DNA of 54,734 nt, counting the filler, from Sphacelaria rigidula (Eukaryota), in NCBI GenBank assembly GCA_964200075.2. It is 5 parts of 5 records of this genome, joined end to end, with 100 filler letters (N's around TTAATTAATTAA, not from the genome) between each part and the next. Parts side by side here need not be neighbours in the genome. Positions count along the whole stretch, not along the records: positions 1 to 10,868 come from CAXNAA020005765.1; positions 10,969 to 21,836 come from CAXNAA020005766.1; 3 more parts are not named here. The stretch is one strand, 5' to 3'. Shown here one piece after another: positions 1-11,291 of this stretch (the stretch's first letter is position 1; each line of letters begins with the position of its first letter). The notes under the pieces are model-generated. The model was not told where the DNA came from. It did not search any database and saw nothing but the letters and a program-made list of their open reading frames with translations. Made by a program: the position numbers and the translations under genes.

Positions 1-70
1 CAGGGAAAGCACGGCTTTTGAGTTGAACCTCATTTTGTTTTTCAACCCCATTTTCGAAAATCGGCTGTTA
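1..70 (+). repeat. Dispersed repeat fragment, same family as the 13805-14233 foldback arms
   Basis: CAGGGAAAGCACGGCTTTTGAGTTGAACCTCATTTT...GCTGTTA aligns with 14167-14234. Confidence 0.7.
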
Positions 71-398
71 ATACGTTGTTTGCAATCATTCCTTGAAATG
101 GATTATCTTCAGCGGTCGCTGGTACGCCATGTTTATTGCGATTCCAACGCATGTAAGAACTGGTGCCTTCACCGGGAATAACAACGTGAAATCGACAGAA
201 TATTCATTGCGAGCCTAGATCCCTACAAGAACAGAGCACAGGCGCAAGATGCACATCTACCGGGGCTACAGGGTACAACATTGAAAATTTAAAAATACTG
301 GAGTGACCTGCACCAGTTTTCGAAACTGACCGCATCGCCTTCACGCGGTAAGACGTCATGTTATACTCGACATACCTCGATAGTCGACTTCTCGTTAC

Positions 399-3300
399 CT
401 GCGGCCCTGCCATGTACAGCGTCTTCTGAGAGCCGTCATACCCACTCGGGAACGCTACGCCATAGAGCTCCCCCTTCGCCAGTGATAAAGCCCCCATGGA
501 GCACTCCACATTCACCTGAAAGATGCGCAACAAGTGTAGACTGCACCTTACTGCTGCAATTTTGGTTCGAATGAAGTACACCCCATGACATAGCGTTGTC
601 ATCATGTTGCGTGCAGTGCCTTGCCCAAGATTTGCGCACCTGCTTCAACGAGTCAACTTTTTTTTCCATCTATTTTTCCCGTTCGACGGAAGAGTTTCTG
701 CTCGCACTCACCTTAATCATTGGTATTGACGTCTTGTCGTCAGTGTCAGTGTCCGGATCTCGCACGATGAATCCAGCTAGCGCTTTCGATTCTCCAGGAA
801 CGGCGGTTTGCTCAGGAGGGGAGATAACCACGGGGGCGTCATTTACGGGTGCAACTACTACTTGAATGCTGAATGATGAAGTTTGCGGGTCTCCCGCACC
901 TTGATGGTCGTTGTCGCTCGCCTCCAGCTGTGTCAAAAGCAGGATTGTTGGGTAGGCGGGCGTGAAATAAAGTAGTCCGTTTTTCGAAGAGATCACATGG
1001 AGTTGATTTGTTCGGTGCTGTCATCTATAGATACAGAATACAAGACTGTTCACGTTTGTAGGCATATTCGCAAGGGAGGGAGAGTACAGAACGACGAAAG
1101 CACACCGATATAGTGCAAAGCGTACCTTATCAATCGAGTATTTTCCGTTAATAGAAGGATCTGTTTAGTGAACCTGAGCTTGACGCAGCGTTAAGTCGGT
1201 TCGGAAATATGGATATTTTCGACAAAATGCCCCCATTGGTAAGCGTATAGCGGATCCGAATCTCACCGTTAGGTCATCGATTCCATGCCAGTCGGATGCG
1301 GGTAGGTATTCCAGCTCATGTAGTGCACGGTTCACCTCAGCAAGCTCGCCAGAGAATGCTACGGCCGGCCATGGTCCCACCCCTGCCCCCTTCGCTAAGC
1401 CCCCAATGGCCCACACCACTTCCGCCGCTGCCTCACTAATTTCCTCGTCAAACCCGCTCGTCGGCAGTCGAAAACCACCACTGACACACCATAGGGATAG
1501 CGTCAACCTTCCTACACCGTCCGCAGCCACCTCCTTGTCAGTAACTGACAACAGAGCCAGAGGCAACGAAGAGTCTTCTTCGAGTCCAAGTACTCCTCCT
1601 CCCGGCAGTAGGCCATGGCCATCTAGATCAAGATATATATATGGTGGATCATTCACTGGTGATACGTTAATAGTCACCTCGCCAACGGTGGATAACGGTC
1701 CTCCCGCTCCGATGTTGCCGAGGTCGGTGATGTTTACCGAGATGATGTCATTGCCGCTCCAATCGGGCAACCCCTTAGAAAGGCAAATATCGGCAGTGGT
1801 TAGAATTGATGAAACGGTGAGGGTAGTTGTGCATGGTTTCTCCTTCGTTGAGGCTACGGTGGTAACTGAGGCAACTGTGTGGCAGTACATTCGACCGTTG
1901 AAAACGACAACTCCTTCCCTGCACCCTGCCCAAAGCTGAATATTCGAGAAAGTTGTTTTCAAGGCGACAGCAGCTTCGAAATCCTCGAGGAACCTTACAA
2001 ATCACAACATTATTCGTATGCCGTTCTGGTCAATGCTCTATTTTTGCGCGTTGTAAAACACTTACCCACACTGCATGGGAAGGAAAAGCATGTAGACGTC
2101 TTCACCCGGCAATTTTTTTATACTTACCTTATAAACTAATGTTGCAAGAGCTTCGTTCAAGCTCCCAAGAGAGTCCCGGAACACAAGCGAAGTGCCAGAG
2201 AGAGGCCCATCGGAACATGCAGAACTTGGCTCCAAAAAAAGTGTGCCTTGCTCGACTGACATTGATACCTCCATCAGTCCTTCCCCTGACCAGCGAAATA
2301 GATAATGAATAGTAGATTATCTTAAAATGACAGAGATATTATTCTCAGGGGAACATTGCGAGCACAACACGTTACACGCCAGTCGACAACCGAGTTCAGG
2401 CATGGCAACGATGACACTTTCTACGATAGCCTCCCCCCAAAAAGTGCATGGTGTTGGGAGGCAAAATCTTCACGTAAATCGAAGTGGGGAAAGCCGAGCA
2501 CAACGAGCAGCTGGGAATTCCCACGCTTGGAGTCGTTCTCGCCAATGTTGCCGATATGAGGCGCCTCATGTAGCCTGAACTCAAACATCAGGCGCTGTAT
2601 GGCCATTTTTTTCGTGACACTTTTTAGCTGGTTTGGAGCGGGGGCTATTGTAAAAAGTGTCCGATGCTGTACGCTACGGTGCCGTGGTCATGGTGACCCC
2701 GGAAATATTATTGGTAAGGAGAAGAGGAAGCAACAGCGTCTGCGCATTACGCACTGAACTATCAGTTTACTACTGCTCAAAGGTAACAACGATGTGGCAA
2801 CAATATCCCGGCTTTTTTAGCATGAAGGGGCGATATTTGATCCAACTCACAACAGCAATCCGGCGAATGAGGCTATGGTGTTGAGCTAGAACTAAGGTGT
2901 CCGCCTGAAGTGCGGAGCATCCCTGACCTGCCCTCTCACCCATTGATGGGACTGAAGTTAATCATTTCAGCTGTGACATTTCTATCGAAATAGCCATATG
3001 TAGCACCCCGTATCAAATATGAGGTTCGTTTACGTCTGTATCCATGAGCACTGTAGAGGTTGACGTGGTAGGATACGGTTATGCCATTGACACCAGAAAT
3101 AAGTGGATTTCACAGTTCTCTCAGGGTTTTCAATATGTAGAATGTGCCGCTGAGCGCTATTAGCCGTTTATTGTATAATGATCGGGCATTACAAATACCA
3201 ATGGCATAGAGTTCCGCCTACAAAGGTGTGAATCCTGGCCCTATGACTCACCCCCAGGCTCATTGACATCTACGTCGGACACTCGTAGTGCAGGAACCCG

Positions 3301-5393
3301 AATCGGCATGTCTTCCGTAGCCATGAGACGTACGGGTAGATCAAGCAGTGGTTTATCGTTCACTGCGTTCACAATAATTCTGATAGTGAGCGGCTCAGAT
3401 TCCTGTGCTCCGCCACCCCCTGAAAACCCCAAGTCATCAGCGATAATGGTCACCGATGCTAGACCATCGGTGTTGAGGGCGTTGGAGTCGGGGTCCGGCG
3501 TATACAGCAATCCCTGAAGTGCGAGGTTGAGAACCTGTGAAAACAATCAGCCGGATGAGGATGTCAGTAACAAGATTGCGTAACGACATAGGATGTGTAT
3601 CAATTCGTCGATGGATAATGACCAAGTGATGACTTGAGAAAGTTCATTTGGCCGCGCAGCCCTGCGTAGTGACTGCTCGATGCCCTGAACGCACGGACTG
3701 TGCTCGGTATTGAGCAAGATGCGCTTACAACCAAAATAGGACTGCACAGCTCGAGTAGTAGGACTTTACGAGGATCAGACACATGACATGATCGCTCCCC
3801 TACGATCTTGAGTCGCGGTATAATAATCATTCGCGAAAGACATCCGTGATACACATTCCAACAACCTTTTTTGGAATGGAGACAGAGAAGCAGCTACAAT
3901 CTTTGGAATCTACGTAGATTCCCGTCTTTTTGGACATGTCAATGGTACAGACAGCGTTTTCATTCTCGCCGTACCTCTAGTGTGCCCACAATTGTGGTTC
4001 TTGCGTCCAGCTGCCGGCGTCCCTCCTGAAAATCGAGCTGAAGCCCATCCGTTCTCAAGGTAATCGTTCCGTAGCGTGGTTCAAGCGTTAATTTCACGCT
4101 TTTATTGCCAGCATCTGCGTCACCAACCCCAACACCTTTTATCCACAACGACTCGTCTTCAGTCCCATGTAGAAACGTGTCACTATCTCTCGTGACCCTG
4201 GGGGGATCATTGACTGAGCGTACATTGATGGGTACAATCAACGACGCGCTCAACACCCCCCCTTCTCCTGTGTTCCCTCTGTCATCCACCGTCACCAGCA
4301 ACTCATCCCCTCCGGAGAACTGGGGAGGTCCACGGTAGGTCAGGCCTGCCAAGGCTGAGTTGACGTTGCGAACAGATCCCAAGAACGTCTTGCTCCGCGG
4401 TAAAGACTCCGTGACGTACAGCCCTACGTTTGTGCCCAGCTCCACAAGACTGCCCTCCTCTCCCACAGAAACGTTCACTTGAACTACACCGTGACTTTCG
4501 TGCGCATCCATGTCTTCCATTACGATACCTTCGAGAACCGTTGAGCGGCTTTCGAGCACCAATATTTCAGATGGACCACGCAAGGATGGTGGGTCGTTAA
4601 CCGGAATCACGCGAATGAGCAGCGTCGACGGCGGGGTGCTGAATTCCTCAGCATTGTTTTCGTAAGTGGAAACAGAAAGCGTTTCGACTGTGTGATGGGC
4701 AGGAGAGTTCCAGTTCCTGGAAGGAACATACCACAAGTTCTCTAGTGCACTATTAATCTCATCTTGAGATCCTGGTCGGATGAGAAATTCCCCAGCCGCT
4801 GCTATGGGCTCAATTTCATCGTTGATAGGATCGCGTGCCGCGAATAGCTGGCCATAGTCGACCGTCAGGCGAATGGTGATGTTTGTGGAGGACTGAAATC
4901 CACTCAGGACTACAGGCACTTTTGCTTGGCTATCTTCGTCCACTCGCCAGGGTTCGGCCTCTCGAAAATGTACCTACCCGCAGGTACAGAACGGGCAGGG
5001 GCGGGAGCATTGGGTGCGGTGGTGGAACAACATTTACGAGTATCTAGTATCTCTCTTTACTCCAGGGCGGCAATTTGCGGTTGGAGTACGGTAATTCGTG
5101 AGGTACTGCAACTGCATGGTCGGCATCCACAAGCGCTCTTCATCGAGAATGCGCCAGTATACAAGTTTGACATTCAGATTACCTGTAATGCTGCCATCAA
5201 TGGTAATGATATCACCGTCGCAAGCAGCACCCACAGCCGGCTCCGACACTTCGACATGACTGCACTTGTGCCTGTCATGCCCAAAATCACATCTAGTTTT
5301 CAGCTCGGCTTCGACTACGACACAGTCTGCGAGGATTGCCTTCAAGGACCAACACAGCACTGCAGTCTAGGGATGATCCATTCCCTCTCCCAT
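399..5393 (-). CDS. Large probably secreted/surface protein with tandem ~125-130 aa cadherin-like/bacterial Ig-like repeats; multi-exon, 3' end runs off the contig
   Basis: GT-AG exons with matching phases: 4973-3975, 3534-3252, 2285-2128, 1773-1267, 927-712, 515-399, plus a probable first exon at about 5393/5360-5061. The spliced protein repeats V.PVNDPP...ED...D.D...G...N.AL..L.Y...G.D...D.G..G.GG at least five times (PVNDPP, SVNDPP, AVNDKP, PVNDPP, PVNDAP). First-exon boundaries are uncertain. Confidence 0.85.
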
Positions 5394-5643
5394 TGCGTGT
5401 AAGACCGCGATAGCAAGGGTTAGTTTGTCAAGATCTGTCCAGAGTTCGCGCTTATAGCCTCATTGTTTGGACGTACGTAAGATATCTTCCCGTATCTGAG
5501 ATCCTTCAACTGTCCTGTGTCATGGTCCAGTGCGTGTCCTGTTAGCAGCTGCTTCCCTTTGCTTTGATGCGCTGTTGGTTGTTTGTTGTTGTGTGTCTTC
5601 GTCTCGTGGCTTTGGCGCCAAGGCTACACGCAAACAATGCAGG
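5394..5643. promoter_or_regulatory. Short divergent intergenic region, probable bidirectional promoter
   Basis: Only about 250 bp separate the upstream-most ATG of the repeat-protein gene (5393, minus) from the DNMT2 ATG (5644, plus). No specific motif was identified. Confidence 0.45.
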
Positions 5644-8600
5644 ATGCGTTCACTGGGGTTTAATGTCATCACCACTAGTCTTGCAATTGTCCAATCCTCA
5701 GGGTTCTTAGCATCGCCTCGCATAGCCAAGTCAAGGTCAGGCCTTCACTGCGAGGCTGCGCTGCATGAGAGCTGGGGCAGGAGCTGTGGAGACGACACAA
5801 ATGCAGAACCGGCAAACCTGTGCCTGCGCACGATCGAGTTTTATAGCGGCATCGGTGGACTTCGGCTGGCTTTGGAGGCGGCGGCAGAGGATGCTGACGC
5901 ACGAAGCGACTACAGTTGTGATATAACTCTTGTTGACTGCTATGACATCAACATGCTGGCAAACTCGGTGAGGGAGACTCAGTATTGCTGTACATCGACG
6001 TAGACGAGTTTGAACAAGTACTCCTATCCTCGTACACGCGTATACACGTACCGTAGACAACGGTGTATTTACAAAATATCCCGGGTGATGAGTTTGGCGA
6101 CCTCAAAATTGGGCGTACATGAGGGGTGGAATCTTGACGTGCCCCTACACAGACAGTACTGCAGGCACCACTATGGTGCCACGAAATAGCCGAAACATAT
6201 TTCCGGATGGTGCTATTCATCAGGGGGTGATATACCACGTGCTGTTCATGCTGGTGATCGTCGACCCTGGCGTACTGGCCATGAATAACCTCGAGCGGTT
6301 AACATAAGCTTGGCGTCCACTCCTCAGTGCGGTTCTCGAACAACATCCCCCAGGAAGCAGATTTCTGCCACTATGTATCGTGCCGTGTTATCCCGTCGAT
6401 TGGTCTCGTGTTCCCACATCCCATATGCACCCTCTATCCACACCTCGACGTTTGGTCCAGCTTTGCCGTCGAACAAAGCGATCACGATCATGCATTCGGA
6501 ATCCAACGGCAGGTGTACGAGCACAATTTTTCGAGGGCAAGCGTCACGAGATGCTCAATCGAGCACCTCTCGGGCCAAGATCTTGATGGCCGTGCCGACC
6601 TCTGGCTCCTCAGGTGATGACGCCCAGAGCCGACCTTTTAATTTTTAATATCCTGGTATTGCTACGAGCTGGGCCAGCCTGAAAACGGATTTAAGCTCTC
6701 AAAGCGATATCTCGTCGACACAGACGAGTTGGGGCATGATCCGCATATCGTGTTAATCGTCTGATCAAGGGAAAGGTGCCCATATGCTAAAAAAATCTGA
6801 GCCAAGTTTTTTCTCGTTGATTAAACCCCATGTGTAGTAATTAATTCCTATACCGTACGGAGATAGCGTCCACACTAAAATCTATATGAAACCCCGAACG
6901 ATGCATTCATCGGATGACGACGATTTTTGGTGTGGATCTTCCCTGGAGCACGGCGAGATGATAGATACCCTCACCTTCGCCCAATTCGTAATATATCTCG
7001 AGATATGGCGCACATAATTTTCCATACTAAAATCAATATATTACCAGCAGAGGCACTAGATGCCCTAAATCTGGATATCGCGTCTCAGTTTTTGACAGTT
7101 GTGCTATGAAATTTGGTATGGAGAACCGCTAGTGGATTATGAAATTAAAACACAGCTTTATGTTTTTTTTGCGTTTTTTTTCATTGTTTTTCGTGTATTT
7201 AGGGGAGTTTGCAGGAGACATGAACATTGCTCTTGGGTCTTATCTCAATTTTGTAGCTCAATATTTTAAATTGTGATTTGAAACTTAGGATGGAGAACGC
7301 CCGAACCTCTCCTGATAAACAATAAAAATTGGCCTTCACAAACACAACACACTGAAGGGGGCAGTGAGGGGTCACGCACTTTCAATACTTGTTCCATTTT
7401 GCCAAATACTCTCGAGGATAGTAGACTAAAATCGATCACTCCTCACCCGAAAGTTTCCTTGGGAAATGTGGTTGAAGCGTCTATTGTTTTCTCAAGTGAA
7501 GCTGAATTCTGTGAAAAAGCACCTCCGGCGGTTTCGTCCCGGACCCAAAAGGCACTAGGAAGACTATGCATATTGGCTGCTGAGCCTCAGCCAGTAGGAA
7601 ATATACTGGCTGACTACGCTAGTATCCAACCCGAGGTATTGCAGAACAAACTACGAACTATCAACTAAACTGTACACAGCACACCAAAAAAAATCTTTGC
7701 CGCTTACGAGAAACACACTTGTACCTTAAAACGCCCTATCGTGACAGGGGTATTTTGTTAGCCTCGCCAAGTTGGGGGGTTCGGAATAGTTGTTCTGATG
7801 ACAGACACAACGTATACATGGAAACACAGAGGTCTGAGTACGCCAGGTCTTTGCCAGACACGTCTTCGTCGTAGTCGGTACAGCTAGTACAGCGCAGAGT
7901 TCCGAGTAATCCCCGGGGAACATGGAGGTGTTGCGAGTGCAGACGCCCCAAAGTACAGCCCCTTCAACCACGGGTATATGAGCTAGACCAGCTTACAGTG
8001 ATTCTTGTCGGTAATCGTGTGAGGCGGTGCTCAACTCGAGGAGTTGGGCGTCGAATAGTCATGGTTGAGCAAGACGGATGTACATCAATTCCTCGATCAT
8101 ATCCCCGATGGTGATCGTTTTTCTCATAGTAGGGAAAAACGAAGTCTAGCAGATTATGTATGGAGAATAAACTAGTCGTGTCGGGATTCGATCTCGTTTC
8201 CTGTGTAATTGAAGGCTCGCTCATCAGTTGGACGACACCTGTAATCCGCCCACCTTTTTCAGCCTCCATCTGATTGATTGATTGTCGCACCATCTCTACC
8301 TGCGATAGCCGTCCTCCACACACTCGTGGGATGATCAACGAACAAAATCTTGGAATGCAACCATGGGTGGTAAAACGATGACAACTGCATGGTCACAAGT
8401 ATCGAGAGGCCCGGAAAGTTTTTCAAAAAGTGAGGAGAGATAGAATCCGGTCCATACTCGATAGATCTAGTCCGGATTTTCCAAACCCAGAAATGCGATA
8501 TGTGTCCTCATGCAGATCGGTGTATGATCCTTGTGACTGAGAGTTTCGGTTGGTAATCCGGATCCGTCGCTTGCAACCTGACCGATCGCCGGATTGTTTC

Positions 8601-10609
8601 ACTTCTTGAAGCCGCCTTGCTTGAACATGCTCTACGGTAATTAGTAGTAATGTACAGTAGTCAAGCTTGTGCCTTGTACCGCGGCACGAGCTGCCGCATC
8701 CGAGATGGATGTCGACGTGACTGAGCAAAAACAAAGGGCACCGCACAGCGTAGTACCGGTGGTCACCCTGTGCATGCTGAATACCAACCCCCTCCGACAG
8801 TGGAACAATAATCTCGTCCATGACCAAGGGGAACATCTGTGCCACGGGAAAAATAATTCTGCAACTTGAACCCGACGCGGGAGAAAAGATAGTCTCAGCG
8901 CTCTTTTCAAGCTCACTGCACATCGGGTCGTCTACTGCGCGGAACCAGCAGCAGTAAGGAACTCGCGGCGTCTGCGCCAAGCTCTGATTCGCTGATTCAA
9001 TGGTGGGGCGCTCGGGGGGGTTGATTTGCTTCGGCCATATAAGTAGGATGACAAATGCACCGTAGTGTATCCCGGAGTACGCATGTCATGAACGAGCATG
9101 CAAGAGTGGTTCGAGATGGTCAGACTGTGCATAGGTCTATGATTTCGAATTGGGTGTATCGTTGCCGCTGTGGCTGTGAACGTTTGCGATCCGTTACCGA
9201 TATCCCGGTATCTGATGTATTATCGCACTCATGTAGCGGATATGAGAATCATCACTTGAACCAGATGCATTATTATTTTTTTTCGTGGCACTTTGTTCAT
9301 TCGTTGCCTCGACAAGCCGTGCCCTGATACTGGTGCTCCACTCGCTGGGCCGCATGGCCCGAGGATACGCATGCGTTGAGCAATCAATCGCGCCGGACAC
9401 CGAACAGTAGCCATCTAACGTATGAACTAGTATGCATGTTTGTCCCAAAACCCCAACAATCCGCCGGATATCCGATATCCGTAGGAAATTCAATCCGCGG
9501 ATTCCATCTGGATACTTCACCAGAATCCGTAAATCCGACCCCACGGAACTATTAGGCACAGGTTTCACCCGTAGAAATGAGGTTTCATCCCGAAACAGTG
9601 CTTGCCCTTTTGAGAATCCAGTTCTCAGGACTTTCCTCGGAGTTTTACCGCGTTGAAAAGCAACTTATTATGCCGCACATGATGTGCAGCTTAGGTACCT
9701 TGGAGCAAGTCATCACCGTGTCGACTACTACATGAACAAAGCCCGCTAGGAAGACCCTTTTGCCTAATTGTTGATGGCTCCACGCCAGTCTCTCGTTGCA
9801 GTCAATTTCCCGCACAGCGAAGTACCGTGTGACTGTCTCACGCCTAGTATTGAATTCTGGAAACTCGACTCCGCTCATCTGCTCCCACACGTTGGGGATT
9901 TCTCGCGTGTATCATCTTGAAAAGTTTCACGATGATTCTAGATTTGCTTGTCGGTAATTTACCCTGGGTATTTTGCCGATTTTTTCGGTGACCCCTGACA
10001 ATCATGACCAATGTGTTTTTCTTTGACTTGTTCACGTTGATCGCATGATCCTTTTTGGGCGAGTTTAGCCAACTCTATTTGGCTGCAGCGCTTGGCTATT
10101 GCGACTTTCGCCACTGAGCTCATCACCTCAAAATCGGGGCAAAATAATGATTTCGATTAGCGCTTTGGGCGTATCAGTGTAGAATTGGTGAAAGACGCTG
10201 AAGAAGTATCCATGCCATCGAAGGACATTCGGTCGCGGAAAAAGTCCTTATATCAAGTTCTGGGGTGGACAAAGCTCTATTTTCGGGGGTTGAACTTCGT
10301 TTTTGGTTCAACCTCGTTTTGAAAAAGGTCTTCAGCTTGATACTGATGATTCACTTCCGAGCATCGCTCACAATGCGTGTCATATTGGTGACATACGCCG
10401 CTTTGCTATTTTGCCGCCACCCGCCCCGCAGCCCGCCTTGCCAGCCGTTCTGCAGAGTGGGGAATCAAATGGACACCGAGGATCCGCGATCCCGAAGCTT
10501 CTTGCACCTGCTCTCGCTGCTAGAGACGATAGCTCTCCCGCCGTCGCATGTGTTCCTGGAGAATGTCCGAGGTTTCGAGGGATCAAAAACCCATGAGCGA
10601 TTACTAGCG
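5644..10609 (+). CDS. DNMT2: DNMT2/TRDMT1-family C5 cytosine (tRNA) methyltransferase, 5' part (3 exons); rest lost at the contig end
   Basis: Exons 5644-5967, 6513-6613 and 10432-10609 splice in frame. They give motif I IEFYSGIGG, DINMLANSVYEHNF, catalytic motif IV DLWLLSPPCQPF, DPRSRSF and motif VI FLENVRGFE. These match the DNMT2 subfamily pattern (ELYSGIGG / PPCQPF / DPR..SF / ENV.GFE). Confidence 0.9.
6665..7290 (+). mobile_element. Left arm of a DNA transposon family with TIR CGAGCTGGGCCAGCC, in DNMT2 intron 2
   Basis: About 630 bp similar to 43905-44534 (reverse) and to 35350-35775 plus 37377-37560. The terminus CGAGCTGGGCCAGCC recurs at 21535 and, inverted, at 38121-38135. Confidence 0.8.
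7964..9400 (-). pseudogene. Decayed transposase, Sola3-like
   Basis: Frameshifted fragments in order: KLDYCTLLLITVEH / FKK*NNPAIGQVASDGSG / ISGFGKSGLD / TTSLFSIHNLLDFVF...RGIDVH. By recollection these resemble the Sola3 SDNAG..Y and GK...D catalytic blocks. They sit directly inside a TIR arm. Confidence 0.45.
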
Positions 10610-10868
10610 GTACGTAGCTGACTGGGCCATTTGTTCAACTGCCAACTTCAGCGGCAACCTTGGAAAACATTCGGTTGTTTGCCACGTCCGGACTACCCCC
10701 GCTTACTATTCGCCGCGCCTCGTAGAACAAAATTGACCACTTGAGTATTTTGTTAGACTTAGCCAAGCAATATTGCTGAGCAACACCTGTTGCATTACCC
10801 ATAAGGGCCTGTCTTAACGAAGGGGATAATCCCCTTTTTCAAAATCCCCTTTTTGAAAAACGACCGCC

Positions 10869-10968
10869 NNNNNNNNNNNNNNNNNNNNNNNNNNNNNNNN
10901 NNNNNNNNNNNNTTAATTAATTAANNNNNNNNNNNNNNNNNNNNNNNNNNNNNNNNNNNNNNNNNNNN
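10869..10968. other. Artificial contig linker
   Basis: N44-TTAATTAATTAA-N44, with stops in all six frames. Confidence 0.98.
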
Positions 10969-11030
10969 GATCAATGGAATTCATACTTTGGAATTATAAA
11001 TTCTAAAAAAACCCCCCCCCCCCCCACCCC

Positions 11031-11052
11031 ATACACTCACACATACACATAA

Positions 11053-11092
<40 letters not shown>
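11031..11092 (+). repeat. (CA/CATA)n microsatellite next to a poly-C run
   Basis: Direct reading of the sequence. Confidence 0.9.
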
Positions 11093-11138
11093 CGCTGCCG
11101 CCGTGTGCATCTCGGTCCTAACCCCCTCCTTGATGCAG

Positions 11139-11291
11139 CTTCGATTTGGAGTTGGTCGAAGGTGATCGACATGACCTACTCGGCACCGGAGCTTCATCAC
11201 TGGGCAGGCTGTTGCCGCTACGCTGCGGCCACAACAACGCTTACAGCGACGGCGAGCGGCGTATGTTGCTGGAGCATCTGGCACTCGAAGG
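11139..11291 (+). CDS. Orphan internal exon of an unidentified gene
   Basis: TGCAG| ... |GTGAGA, 153 bp, phase 2-2, open frame FDLELVEGDRHDLLGTGASSLGRLLPLRCGHNNAYSDGERRMLLEHLALE with GC-rich third positions. Confidence 0.45.

Noticed and set aside
1406-1939. Ser/Thr/Pro-rich + strand ORFs over the repeat gene (also 596-865, 3263-3517, 4105-4338)
   Set aside because: Antisense shadows of the minus-strand exons.
5644-10609. Bacterial/viral restriction-modification or DNMT1-type DNA methylase
   Set aside because: It has spliceosomal introns and DNMT2-type motifs, with no nuclease partner.
10913-10924. TTAATTAATTAA as a biological motif (piggyBac/PacI site)
   Set aside because: Identical in all four N-runs, so it is an assembly linker.
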